This document shows positions 26,426-39,699 of a stretch of DNA of 64,000 nucleotides, piece after piece. The stretch lies in the NCBI RefSeq assembly GCF_009914755.1, contig NC_060928.1; one strand, 5' to 3'. Positions within the stretch are counted from its first letter, which is position 1. Each line of letters begins with the position of its first letter. The DNA is from the human T2T-CHM13v2.0 reference genome, Homo sapiens. The notes under the pieces were generated by a model. The model did not search any database. It saw nothing but the letters and a program-made list of their open reading frames with translations, and had not been told where the DNA came from. A program made the translations under genes and the position numbers.

Positions 26426-26932
26426 TGGCATTTTTTTGAACAGAAATGTCCATTTCATTTCCTTCTTAACATAACCAAAAATGATGCTTTAAGAAAAGTA
26501 CTCTTCCAAATATCCTCAATGGCATTACCTCCAGAGGTTTTGCTCCCTGTCTAGCAATTTTCTTGTTTGAGCATTCAGTGTGTTTGAACAGTTGTCCCAT
26601 CACATAACTTCACTGCCTTTATTTTTGTCTGACTGTCTTATTTCAGTTAACCAGTCTTTAAGTTCTGAGATTCTTTTATCAGCTTGGTTTATTCTGCTGT
26701 TAATACTTGTGATTGCATTGTGAAATTCTTGTTTTGCGTTATTCAGCTCTGTCAGACCTATTAGGTTCCTTTTTATACTGGCTATTTTGTCCTTCACCCC
26801 CTGTATTGCCTTATTGTGATTCTTATTTTCCTTAGATTGGGTTTTGCCTTCCTGTTGAAACTTGATGATCTTTGTTCCTAGCCAAATTCCAAATTCTATT
26901 CCTGTCATTGCAGCCAGCTTGGCCTGGTTAAG

Positions 26933-26979
26933 TTGTGCACATATACCCTAGAACTTGAAGTATAATAATAATAATAAAA
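26933..26979 (+). mobile_element. Extremely truncated L1PA 3' terminus nested in the older L1
   Basis: ttgtgcacatataccctagaacttgaagtataataataataataaaa matches the last bases of L1PA; host L1 resumes as aagaactctt after the tail. Confidence 0.85.
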
Positions 26980-27197
26980 GAGGAAGAAGAAGAAGAAGAA
27001 GAAGAAGAAGAGGAAGAGGAAGAGGAAGAAGAAGAAAGAAGAAGAAGAGGAAGAAGAAGAAGAGGAGGAGGAGGAGGAGGAAGAAGAGGAGGAGGAGGAG
27101 GAGGAAAGAAGAAAGAAGAAAGAGGAAGAAGAAGAGGAAAGAAGAAGAAGAAAGAAGAAGAAGAGGAAGAAGAAGAGGAAGAAAGAAGAAAGAAGAA
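26976..27197 (+). repeat. 222-nt pure-purine (GAA/GGA)n compound repeat
   Basis: No pyrimidine on the + strand across the interval. Confidence 0.97.
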
Positions 27198-28754
27198 CTC
27201 TTATTGGAGAACTGGTGCAGTTGTTTGGAGGACATATACCACTCTAGACATTTGAGTTATTGGAGTTCTTGCATGGGTTCTTTCTCATCTCTGTGTATGG
27301 GTGTTCCTTTAACTGCAATATAGATTGAGTCAATAGATACAGTATAGATGCAGTATAGATACAGTCAATAGACTTATTTTCTGGATGTTTTCACCAGGCC
27401 GAGGCTTTGTGCAAGGTTTTTATTTGAAGCTGATTTTTTGTCTCTGGTTTTGGAAGAAAGTATGCTAGCAAAGTATTTTTTGTGTTGAAGCTTTGGGGTG
27501 TGATCCAGTAGGTGGCACTTAGGCATACTGGTCAGCTGGTAGACTCTTGTCCAGCTATGTGGCTCCCCTGTTTCCTCTCAGTTGTAACTGTTTTCTTTCT
27601 CAATGCTCTCTGAAAGTGTGGGTTCCTCTCCCATTGAGTGCTGGCTGTAGAAGGTGGCTTGGCACTCCTGGGCTGCCCACTGTATCTCTCCGGTGATCTC
27701 AGTCCTTATGTTTCTTCCCCAACCTGGAAACACCAGAGGAAGGAACCTTAGTAGTAGTTATGGCTAAGGGACTTTTGCTTGTCTCCTGGGGGCTCCACAC
27801 CAGAGATACGGGTCAGTAATCACTCAGTGCAGTCAGCCCAGGATGGAGGGGCTATGCTGTGGGTCCAAGCCAGAGGTTCCCTGTCTGGTGATGAGCAGTT
27901 GGAGGTGTGTGGGACCCATGGGAGACTAACTACCTCCTCTCTTTGGGTCAACTGCAGCTTATTGGAGGTGTAGGTAAAGCACTTGGGGTCTTTGCTACTT
28001 CATTACTCCAAGGGAAGCAAGAGCAGTTCCACTGCAGAGGCAGTGGCAGAGAGGCTTTCAGTTGCCCTTGGAGGCTCTGTCCAGGGAGTTGCCAAGTTTC
28101 TACTCACTCAGCTCTGGCAAGAGGTGGCTGGAAGCCCAGTCCCAGAGGAACTGTCTGGTGAGGAAATGTGGGCACCAATGTACATCTGGCCACTTTTCTG
28201 TAGGGCTGCTGAGGTATGCTGGGGGCCCACTTCAGTCTCTAGTCACCTCAGATTTTCCTGTACCTGGAGGTATCACCATTGAAGGCACTTCGCTGGGCTG
28301 GGGAGGTTACTTTGTCTCTGTGTCATGCCTGCGTGGGCCGTCATCCTGCCTGGCTTTTCTCCATTCTCCATGGGTTGAGTTGTTTCCTCTATTAGTCCCA
28401 ATGCAAGTACTTAGATGTTTCAGTTGAAGGTGCTGAATTTACCTGCCCCTTTTGCCCCTCTCCGAGAGAGCCACGCACACTAGCTGCTTCTAGTCGACCA
28501 TCTTGGCCACCTCCCTAAAAATTAAAAAAAAAAAAAATGCTTAAGTGTTTTTAGTAAACATAAGTATGATTTCTTATATGAGTTTTTAAAAATTTTTAAA
28601 AAGAAAAAGAAAACATCATGTTTCTTAAAAACCTAAAGTTTATACTTTCACTATACAATTTTACACTCTTAAATATCAACCTCAAACTCGTTTCCACAAT
28701 GCCATCTTTCTCATCTTAAAATACTTTGAAAGTATAAACATACACACACATGCA

Positions 28755-28818
28755 GGAGAGGAGAGAGGCAGAGACTGAGACAGACAGACAGACAGAGAGA
28801 GAGAGAGGGGGGAAAGAG
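28755..28818. repeat. (GACA)n/(GA)n low-complexity repeat
   Basis: gagacagacagacagacagagagagagagagggg. Confidence 0.85.
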
Positions 28819-28965
28819 ATTTTAAAAGTGAACTAGAAAACAGTAATTCACATTTAGTTTGGGGAATAGAAAGAAAACTCCCAAACAGATTACTTTGAGA
28901 TAACTCCAAGACCTTTTGGTCCTTATGATTATCCTCAATTTAAAGAAAAACATATGTACACACAC

Positions 28966-29278
28966 TGCCAGATGTGGTGGCTTGCACCTGTAATCCCAGC
29001 ACTTTAGGAGGCCAAGGCGGGTGGACTGTCTGAGCTCAGGAGTTTGAGACCAGCCTGGGCAATGTGGTGAAACCCCATCTCTACCAAAAATGCAACAACA
29101 ACAACAAAAAATTGGCCAGGCTTGGTGGCACACGCCTGTGGTCCTGGCTACTGAGGAGGCCGAGGTGGAAGGATTGCTTGAGCCTGGGAGGCAGAGGTTT
29201 CAGTGAGCCAAGATCATATTACTGCACTCCAAGCTGGGTGACAGAGTAAGACCATGTCTCAAAAAGAAAAAGAAAAAC
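28966..29278 (+). mobile_element. AluJ-like SINE
   Basis: Dimeric Alu with gaggtggaaggattgcttgagcctggg (J-type right arm) and a (CAA)n-expanded middle A-tract. Confidence 0.93.
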
Positions 29279-30354
29279 ATACACAAAAAACACCTATAGA
29301 TGAATCCCACTTCATCTCCCTACTCTTCCCCTGTCTATTCCACTCTCAAAATTCAACTCACTGCAGCTGAACTGCAGGAGAAGCAGCAATGCGAATATGT
29401 TTTATGATGATACCTTTGCAATATAAAGTTTTCAAATTCTAGACAGTTGCTCTTGGCCTGAAGAAATAACTACTACATTAAACCCTTGGAATCTAGTAAT
29501 TTCAAAGAATAGAAAATTAGAAATTTCATCAATTGTGTTATAATAAAGTTGGATATTTTCAATATTTAATGCTTTTCTTCAAAATATGAAGACAACATTT
29601 GTTATATAATATCAGCTAGTCACGTTATCCTCTTTCACAGTCCTTTATTTTTCTTCCAACATCAAAGCAAAATGTGAATGAAAATACATCACATATATAC
29701 CTAGTCATAATAAGGAGCTAAAGTCATTGACACAAATTTACGAAGGGACATGAATGGATACATCTGCCTGTGTAAACTAGCTCACAAATGAATACACACA
29801 TATGCACAGCATTGAGAAACCCTAAACAAAGCACAAAATTGTGAATACAAAGATTGGTTTGCAAGCAGAACATAGAGAGCCAAGACACACTTAGTATTTA
29901 CTAAGTATTTTATACTGGGCATTTTTTTCTGAAACTTTTATATTTTTCATTTATATGCTGTGAATATAATGCCTGAACTGTCTATATCATAAGGCTGCTG
30001 TGAGGCTCAAATGAGTTAATACGTGTGAAAATGCTTTTAAAACTTGAAAATAAATTGGAAAGGTTCTTAACTAATTATAGTTAAAAGAGCCAATACTTTT
30101 ATAACTGAGCTCTATCTAATCATTAAAGAATAATGAGTAGCTCTTATTTTGCTCATTTACTTTTATATTGTAGAAAACACTGAATAGCTTTTTCTAATTC
30201 ATTCTATGATTTGAATCTAACTTTAACACTGAAAAAAAACAAAGCCAGGCTTCCCCCCTCAAATATACGCAACTTCACTTAGGAATAGGTTACATAATTT
30301 CTCGGTCAAATATTTGTAAATTAAATCTAGTGATGAATTAAAAAGTATCACAGA

Positions 30355-30640
30355 AATAGTAGGCAGTATTTATCAAGCGCTTCATGTTTAGAACAATATT
30401 TATGTTCATGTTTAGAGCAATATTTATCAAGTACTTTATGTTTAGAACATTTTATGTTTAGAACAATTCTATACAGTAGTTTCTAATATTATCCCAGTTA
30501 GACTGATGAGAAAAGCTAGGTCTAGAGAGGTAAGTAACCTTTCTATCAACACACATGTAGTAAGTGGTAAAGCTACAATTTAAACCCCTCCAGTATGACT
30601 CCTGAACTCATAGTCATAGCACCATATTATGCTGTTTCAC
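30355..30640 (-). mobile_element. MIR relic with internal tandem slippage
   Basis: atttatcaagcgcttc...gactgatgagaaaagctaggtctagagaggtaagtaacctt...gtaagtggtaaagc. Confidence 0.65.
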
Positions 30641-30859
30641 TGAATTTTAGTCAATAATAAAGTTTGAATAAACCTGTCACTATAATTCATGGCAATAGTA
30701 AACTAAAGATAACAACTACAGGTTGTTTCCATAGACCTAGTAGAGATGATGTTATCATCAATGACAAACCATTAACTTTATATGAAATGGCCCACAAAAC
30801 TTTGTTTTATTTTCAAAATATGCATATTTACTAAAAATGGTACATTTAAATTCAGTTAA

Positions 30860-31700
30860 ATTTTCACTAATATTTATATTGACACTACAGTGTGCCAGGA
30901 ATAGTGTGTTTGGGACACATAAAGAATGACAATATGGAGTAAAAAAGAAATTCTGTCCACTCTCAAAGCAAGAGATCCCTAAAGGATGAAAAAGACAAGT
31001 GAAGAAAGTCTGAGATTTTTTTTTTAGGTCGAATGAATGGCAAGTGTACATAGTCCTAAAATAGCCAGATATACATCAAGAACTAAAAATAATTCAGTGT
31101 TAATCGAGAGAATTATAAAGTGGAGAGTGGCAGAGATGTAGCTTAGGAAAAGGCAGGTGCCAGTTAGCAGAGAGCCTTCTGTCATTCTGTCACCGTGAGG
31201 TGCTTTGGCTTCATGCTGTGGAAGCTATTTGAAGCCACTTCCTCTTTCAGATGGAATATATCTGAAGGCTATAGGGTGAAATTAAACATAACAAAATTGA
31301 AATAATACAGAAAGTTGGCAAGGACCTTATAAGGACAATTGGAGAGAAAGAAAGAAGGAGAAAGGGAAATGCATTTAGAAATTGTTGAAGAGCTAAAATC
31401 ATCAGAGATTGGTGACTAATTAGAGAGGGATGCAAGGTGACCTCTAATATAAGGTAACTGAGTGACATGTGAAGCCATTTCTGATATTCATAAATTAGGA
31501 AGAAGAGTCAGTGAGGGGTAGAGGAGGCTGACTGATGAGTTAATCATGTTCAATTTTAAGTATCTAAGAGACCTCTGGATAGCTATATCCAAATGCAGAT
31601 AGGCACAGATGACTAGCTCTCAATGGAGAGGTCACTACAATGAATTTGGGACTTGTAGACCCACAAGTGATACTGAAATCATGCCAAGATGAACAAAAAA
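30860..31700 (-). mobile_element. L2 relic fragments
   Basis: atttatattgacactacagtgtgccagg; gagatgtagcttaggaaaaggcaggtgccag; gaatttgggacttgtagaccc. Confidence 0.5.
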
Positions 31701-34049
31701 GATTTTGCATGCATAATATTTGGCATATAGTACATTCTACAAAAGTATTTATTTTAAAATTAAATAAAGCAAGTTGTAATGAATTAAGAAAAATGTGTAA
31801 AAGTAGCCCCATTTAGGGGCAACAGGAAGCACCCATGGAGAAGGGATACATGTATATACACACACGCACATACACATGTTGATATCAATATATATAATCA
31901 ATTTATATACATATTGTCTGTGGTCATATACATATGAAGTAAAATTATTAAAATCTCCAGGAAAGTAAGCATCAAATTATCTATTAATTCTAGCTAGAGA
32001 AAGTGGTAAATTGGATAGCTCTATACAGAAGACTTGAAAAATGTCTCTTTTTATTTCTGTTTTATAAAAAAATTCTGAAGGAGCAGAAAAAAATGTTAAA
32101 ATTTGACAAACCTGCTTAGTGAGTCCATATCTATTTTAAAATGTGTTTCTATAAGCTTGAAATATTTTCTGATAATTTTATTAAAGAGTACCTACCAAAT
32201 GTGGAACAGACTTAGTGTAAACTACAATTTGTAAAATTTGGCTGGAAGGTGAAAAACAAACAAATGAGGATTCCAGAAGAGGAGTGATTTTTCCTTTTAA
32301 AAGATAGGAAAGATTTCAGCATTTTATAGATTGAAGCAATGGGCAGATAAAGAAGGATGATTTTTGAAATATAGGCAATAGAAGATTGCACAACAATACT
32401 GTTGTGAAATAAAAAATGAGAACATTTGTATGATCTTTGTCCTTTAAATTCAATTACAATAGAGTTAGAACTTTTATATTTTAATATATGACTTCTACTA
32501 AAAGCATAAACTCATTTTGTCTCATTCTGCATTATAATAAAGAACTAAAGGTAAAATGTTGTACCTCTTAGGTGACATCATTGAAAAACTTATAGTAAGA
32601 CAAAGTCACATAATTTTTTTTCTCAGAGGAAATCAATAACCATGAGACTCCTTCACAAACTGCAGTGCATTTATATATTTCAAAGCATCATCACACAGTT
32701 GCAGTATTCTCAGTAATACATTACCAACACCAAAACAAGCCAGAAAGAGCATACCTGCTGAAAGAAAAAGGAAGGAAAATGTGTTACCCAACATGTATGA
32801 TTTTGTATTTCTGAATATTGAAGACTGTTGAAAAGATGATATAATTGAATTTATTGAAATGTACAAGATGGCAATAGAGAATTTACAATTTATGATACAG
32901 AATTTCTGACCTGCCCTATATAGTAACAACTATTGTGATTCTGTGAGTTAGAAATTCTTTTAAAATTTTGGGCAATTTATTTGGAAGTACCTTTTTAATT
33001 TTGTGAGCTCAAGAGGGATGTTTCTCCTTTTTGGCCCTTAGAGAATAGAGAATATTCTTCTGAGATATATTTTTAGCCATAAGGTCATTATTTGGTGTGC
33101 TGGAACGATGATGGAGTTGAGGAAAAGATGACAATGATAGGAGATGGCATTTGTGAAAAAATATGATCAGTGCTAAAAGAAGGCATTACAACCACCTCTT
33201 GAGTGACAGAAAGTCTCTTAATGAAATGCTGAATTTATCAGATACATAAATCAAATCATCAACTGTTACAGCAAATCTGCCAAATTAGGAAGAATTCAGC
33301 TACCATCATTACTAATCCCATTACTACAAATTCCTTGTTTCTTACTCTTTTCATTCCAAATGTTCTCTTCCTGATCCTTTTGCTCATTTTTTTTCTCAAT
33401 CCTGTCACTGACACTTCTGCATCTTGGTGTCAGTTCATTGTCTGAGGTAAGTCAGTCACCTTGCAGTCCCTCACCTCCTGCCCCCAAGAGCTGTTCCTCA
33501 TTGGTGTTCTCCAGTGACCTCCACTCCCTGAGGTCTCATATCAGGGCAAGTCTTCCTAGTCAGATGATCAAAGTCTCAAAGGTGTTGGCTGCTGGTACAA
33601 CAGGATTGGGATTCATATTCTGAGGTTAGGCATGCCTCTCACCTTTTAAGTAACTTAGTTGAAGCTCTCCTTGAGAAAATTATGAACTAGACAAAAATAA
33701 CTCATGGTACCTCCCAATTTGCAGAGGTAGGCTCCTTTAACCCTCCTACCATCTTTTCTGGCCCTCAGCCTCTTTTTAATTCCATCTTTCAGGCATCAGG
33801 TTCTGATTCAGCTTCAGTCTTTTCTTATCATGGAAAAAAAATCATCTTCTTGTTCTTAAACACAATAATTATCAGCCTAAGTGAGCTACCTCCCCCAGAA
33901 ATGCCTGTCACTGTTTCAGTGAATTTTAAACACCATTGGGGGAGAAAATTTCTCTTTGGCAGATGTTAAGATATTTCTGAAATAATACAGTTGTATATGT
34001 TAACTTGTAAGAAGATCTTTATCTCTAAATTGTAAACTCTAAGATAGGT

Positions 34050-34220
34050 AATAATCACTGTTAGTAAAAATTGTAATAAAAATACATACAGAATATTTAT
34101 AATGTACTAGATTTTCTTATTTAATCCTCAGAACAGTACTATTTGTGATTATCCTCGTTTTACTGATCAGAAAGTTGAAACGCAAAGAGGTTTGTAAACT
34201 TGCCTGAGGTTGCCTGACAA
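34050..34220 (-). mobile_element. MIR relic
   Basis: ttatttaatcctcagaacagtac...attatcctcgttttactgatcagaaagttgaaacgcaaagaggtt. Confidence 0.6.
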
Positions 34221-35077
34221 AGAAAGAACTACAGAGACCTCAGTCTTATGAAGCTACCATTATAAAGAATATTTCTTAAAAAATTCTGTGTCTACTGAAT
34301 TGAAAAAAGAAAATCAGTTCTGTACTGAACTCATTGTAATCCTCATGGGGTCAGAAATGTCTAAGCATTCTCCAGCCAAATTATTTCTCCTGTTTTTCAG
34401 TATCCAACAAGTATTACACACATTGAAACTACTTAGAAGAAGACCAATAGACCTACCAAATGAAAACATTTTAATGAGGAGATTTAAAAGGGAAGGAGAT
34501 TTATACACACACAGATATAAACCTTCCTTAATGATGAAGTATATAAAACCTACCCTCAGCTTCTTTTTAATTCCATTTTTTAGGCATCAGGTTTCTGGTT
34601 ATGTGATACAGAATACAATAAAGACAATCTTAGGTAGAATTAAGATTTTCCAGATTCAGGCCACCAAGAAGAATTATACTGGCTGAGGATACTACCAGTA
34701 GGGAATAAAGATTCCATAAATAACAAAACTCACCTTTTCTATTTTTGAGAAGAGTGTGGGGAGAGAGAGAGAAAGATGCTGTATCTTTTTTATTTACCCC
34801 TGCTTGACTTTCAACAGACCCTGGTTCCTTGCCTACCTTCTCACCATGTGCAAGAAGTTGTGCAAAATGATTCCAGTGCATTTTTGTTACTGGGTAAATT
34901 GAAGGTTAACTTCTTGGGCAATTTGTTACAGAAATCAGACAAGCTTCAAATCTATTCTTGCACCATTTCTCTCTATTCTAAATGAAATTATAAATTCATA
35001 TATTCGGGAACCTCAGAAATTCCAATTTCCAGAATATCTAGAAGAGATGTTAAATCTAATTTTTAAAAAACCACACT

Positions 35078-35437
<360 letters not shown>

Positions 35438-37049
35438 TTAGTTATGAGAAAAGCAAAAATGTAGTGGGTGCAACGGAGAAAAAGTTGTAAAAAGCCCATG
35501 TAAAAATAAAATGACAAAATAAGTTATAATTAAATTGAGGTAATATAGTTACAGACTTTGGAAGAATTCAGAATACATAATTATACTGATGATAGTAAAT
35601 ACACAACTACATTTTTATGTATTTTCTTTATTATCTTGAAAATAACTTAATGCTACTGTGCATTAAATACTTCTTCATTACAGTTGAATTCAAAAAAATC
35701 AGCTCTAATGCCAGTGAGAAACAGCACATGGGGATATATAAAAAGTAGATTAAAGAGGAAAACACTTTTATATTCCTAATTTATCACACTATTTTATTAC
35801 TGATTTATTCTACTCTTTATGCTTTAATATCGAGTACCCTTCCTTGATTTAAATATACTTTGAAAGGGCAAGAGTAGAAAGAGTAGTGAACAAGAAGGCA
35901 ATAAAACAAATTCAGAGAAACAATCCTTTCTATTTTCTGAAAATATAATGGAGACTTAGCCCTGACTTACAGTTTTGTTTTTATATATAACAATTTGATA
36001 ACCTCTGTTGCTTGCCACAAAAAAAATCTCTGGTAACAATTTAAAATGAATAAAATAAAACAATACCAGTATTTTAACTAATTAAATGGGAAAATAATCA
36101 CCTGTAACTTTGAGGAAATGCGTTAACATTTCTGCATGTCTTTTCATTCAAAATCAAGTTAAGTCCTTTGAAAGTGGGCCTAGAGATACAAGTGAAAAAA
36201 AATTGTTTTGAGATGTAAGTAACATAAAGAGCGAGAAACAGAACAGATGTTTTCAATTTTCTATCCAGTACAGGGTCACTTGATGTTACTATAGCATTAG
36301 TAAAGCTTTTTAACTCTATATTGAGCAATTGTTTAGTCCTCCTTTTCAGGGTCAGTAGATAGCTATCAAAATTTGTATTTTCATTTTCATTTGACTAGAA
36401 ATTTCATGGATGAAATATCAGAAATATTTCTAAAAGTCAAATTGCATTTAGTGTCACATAGCAATGTCATAGTTTGTCAGATAGTCCAATTTTACTGTTA
36501 AAAATAATACGTGATCAATATTCTACAAAGGTAAAAGAACGGAAGAAATCAAGATATACAAAAAAGTTGTATCAACATCACTTGAGAAAAACTGTCAACT
36601 GCGTGAAAGAATCAGTATATTGTTATGAATAAGAATTCCATTTACAAATGATTTCAATTCATACACTGAATTCCACAGACATTTCCTGCTATTATTTTAC
36701 TTTTACTCTCAAAATACAGAGAATCTCGGAACCTGCCAAGTTATAGAATTAAAAAGCCTTAATTATCTACTGGGTGTAAGAAATTTATGTAATGGTAACA
36801 ACACATAATGATGATGAATTCTGCTTCTCTTATTGACTCACTCTCTCCTACCCCTCCTTCTCCCCACGCAAGTTAAGTAATATTAGACAAACCTGACTAT
36901 TGTTTCTTCACAGCAGTTAGTCCTTACTCAGATGATTAATTTCTGTGAATCTAGAACTGTTTTCAATACTTTGGGAAATACTATACACAAAAACAGGAAT
37001 GGAGAAGGATAAGCCCATTAGGGAAACTGCTAGAGCAAATTTTTTTTAA

Positions 37050-37232
37050 TGAATAAATGTTGCAGTATTATTGACAGTAACCAAGATGCAGAAACAGCTT
37101 AAATATCCATCAACAGATAACTGGACAAAGGAACTGTGGTATATACATAAAATGGAATATTATTCAGCCTTAAGAAAGGAGATGTGCCGTTTTACATAGC
37201 ATGGATGATCCTTGATGACATTATGCTAGCAG
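37050..37232 (+). mobile_element. L1M ORF2 C-terminal/3'UTR fragment
   Basis: aaatatccatcaacagataactggacaaaggaactgtggtatatacataaaatggaatattattcagcc. Confidence 0.8.
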
Positions 37233-37823
37233 TGTCATACATTCTAACAAGATATATGTGTATATATTTGCACACATATAATCTTTTAATGTTTTCTTTA
37301 AAAACTCAGTTCCTCAAAATCAGCTCTTCTTTATTTGAAATAGTAGCTGACAGTATGGGTAGCACAATAAAGTATGAAAAGTAGATAGGCTCAAAAAATA
37401 CTTGAAAATAGCTTAAACTTATTAGTGATGCCTAAAAGTAAATATTGCAGGCATAAAGAGCATATTTTCTTTTATGCTCAATAGAAAACTCTGTTGAATC
37501 ACAATTTCTTTTGTTGAATAGCAAAAATCTTTCTAGATTTTAAAAAAAGTCAAAATTGCCTCCGTGTACTCTAGGAAAAATTATGGTGTTTAATAATGCA
37601 CAAAAACAGTGATTATAAGAAACAACAAAAATTGAGTTACTATTGTAGACAGAATATTGTCATTGAATGTGACATGACATAAAGTAGGGGGGACCTGGAT
37701 TCCGATATTTGGTTTGTCGCTTCCTAGATATGTGTCTATGAAAAATGTATTTTATTTCCCTGGGCTTCAGACTCCTCATCTCACACTTTAAGGATTAGAC
37801 TCTAAACTCCTATCCGGATAAAT

Positions 37824-38292
37824 TGTAGCAGATGCTACTGGTGCTGTGTTCATATATATCCCCTTACATTATTTTACCTTTTTGTGTGTGGGTGTGTGCA
37901 CATGTGCTCCAGGTGAATGCTCACTCTAAGCAGCCAGTACCGGACTGTCTTTGTCAGTGAGCTGTCCTTAGCTTTAGGAAACTAAGGCCTACATTGCCTG
38001 CAGACACTGAGAGCCTGAAAAACATGGGCATGCCCAGCTTTGCTCTCTTCACCAATGACTTGGCCTGGACTGGGACAATTCTGAAATGAGATTTCCCTTT
38101 CTCCAGAGCTTTCCTGTGGGATGAAGCCAAAGCCACCCTCTGAGATCTTGAAGCAGTCCTTTGGATGTACTTCTGTTTTCCTGACTTCCTCACTCTACTG
38201 CTGTTAGTTCTCCTCAGAGTACTTCCTAATAAATCACTTTCACAGGAATTCTCATCTCAGAGTCATCTGTTTCTGAGGATTCCAAGCAATAA
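37824..38292 (+). mobile_element. ERVL solo LTR, LTR16-like
   Basis: tgtagcagatgct start; tgggacaattctga; tacttcctaataaatcactttcacaggaattctcatctcagagtc near the end. Confidence 0.7.
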
Positions 38293-39699
38293 TATTTTGA
38301 TTTATTTTGTTTTGGTTTGACATTGGTTTGTGTGAACTCTAATGTCTAGCATTAGATAAGGCACATAACTTCAGAAAAAATTGTAAAAAACTACTCTACT
38401 ATAATCTGTATGAGTAAAACAAGTCAATGTAAATATCATTTTAAATAAGACCCATAAGAGACTATAGTTACATTACATAGCAAAGTAACAATAATATCCT
38501 GATGTAGATTCTTGGCATCTGTGAACTACTAACATAGATTCATGTAAATTAGATAATTTCCAAATAAAGTTAGGAAACTTAACAAAAATGTAATCTATTT
38601 TGAGAGTGAAACAGAAAAAGCAAATAATAAAAATATATAAATAATCAAACTAAAATAAATAAAAAACCAAGTGAATTGGTCAGTCTTATGAATGTATTTT
38701 AAAATGTAGAATTAATATAGTATACTAAGAGTAAGGTTTATTCTATATACAAAGGGATATTATTAATAAGTGGCTAATCAAATATATTTATATAATGTCA
38801 ATGTCAAGTAAACACAAAGATTAACTCAATTTTGTGTTTTCATTTAACTTTAAATTAAAACAATGTTTTAAAAATACTATTTTTATAGTACTGGTAATAT
38901 ATATTATATACATATCTAATTTTTAAATTATTTATAAGGATTTAAAAATGCTTGCCTGTGGAAGTACATATTATTTTACAATACAAGAAATTACTTTGAT
39001 AAATACTAATTGTGGGTTTAATCAGATCAGCTGAATGATATAAATTTACCTTAAGACTAAAATATTTCTGAGGGTGAGGACTCCTTTGATATATGCCAAT
39101 GTATCAAAATACTTTTTTCTTCTGGCAAGTGAAATAAGAAGAAAAATCAGCACAACCACTATATCTGGCATTTATTTTCTCTCTTTTACCAGCTGGTTTC
39201 CTTGAATTCAACCTAAGAGTGCGGTTTTCATTTATGTGAAAAAAGTGTAAGGTTAACAGTACATTCACTCCTATTTTGCAAGGTATTTTTCTTTTGCTGA
39301 TCAATAATTTCAAATACTGCTCTAAAGTTTTACTGTTTGACATACATCATTTTGACAGTTCCTTAAAGAACTTAAATGCTACCTACAAATGTAATATCAA
39401 CAAGATCTATACTGGAGAGTAGTCTACACTGCTAAACCAACTTCATTCTTGCTGTAGTGGCAAACTGAAAAAGAAAATTCTCTTCCCCACCTTCTTCATT
39501 TTAATCCATGTAACTCATTTTATTAATGTGCATCATCCAGCAAAGTAAAATAAAAATTTGTTTTTTATCTTGTTAAACGTAGTGTTAGATTTTAAATACA
39601 TTTATCTAAAGTGTATTTAATTACTGGCTTCACAAAATCTGAAGTTGAGAATTGCTACACATGGGTAGAGTTTTTTTGATAATTAAGAAAGGCTTATTT

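Larger units (their letters stand above)
26600..28516 (-). mobile_element. Old primate L1 (L1PA13-16/L1PB-like) 5' portion: 5'UTR plus ORF1 N-terminal coiled coil
   Basis: Minus ORF 26600-26908 (LNNAKQEFHNAITSINSRINQADKRISELKD) is ORF1p coiled-coil-like; 5' start reads agggaggtggccaagatggtcgactagaagcagc on the minus strand. Confidence 0.88.

Noticed and set aside
26948-27323. Arg/Lys-rich 122-aa ORF and antisense Leu/Phe-rich ORF
   Set aside because: Both are translations of the GAA/GGA repeat, which lacks stop codons
32633-32929. 98-aa minus ORF with internal splice-like signals
   Set aside because: Peptide not recognisable, and the donor/acceptor pair near 32760-32790 is too close to form an intron
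34288-34686. 132-aa ORF in unique sequence
   Set aside because: GTG start, no recognisable homology or splice context; compatible with chance
39104-39343. Possible minus-strand exon (LNSRKPAGKREKINARY...)
   Set aside because: Weak acceptor and donor, and phase incompatible with the 36102-36179 candidate
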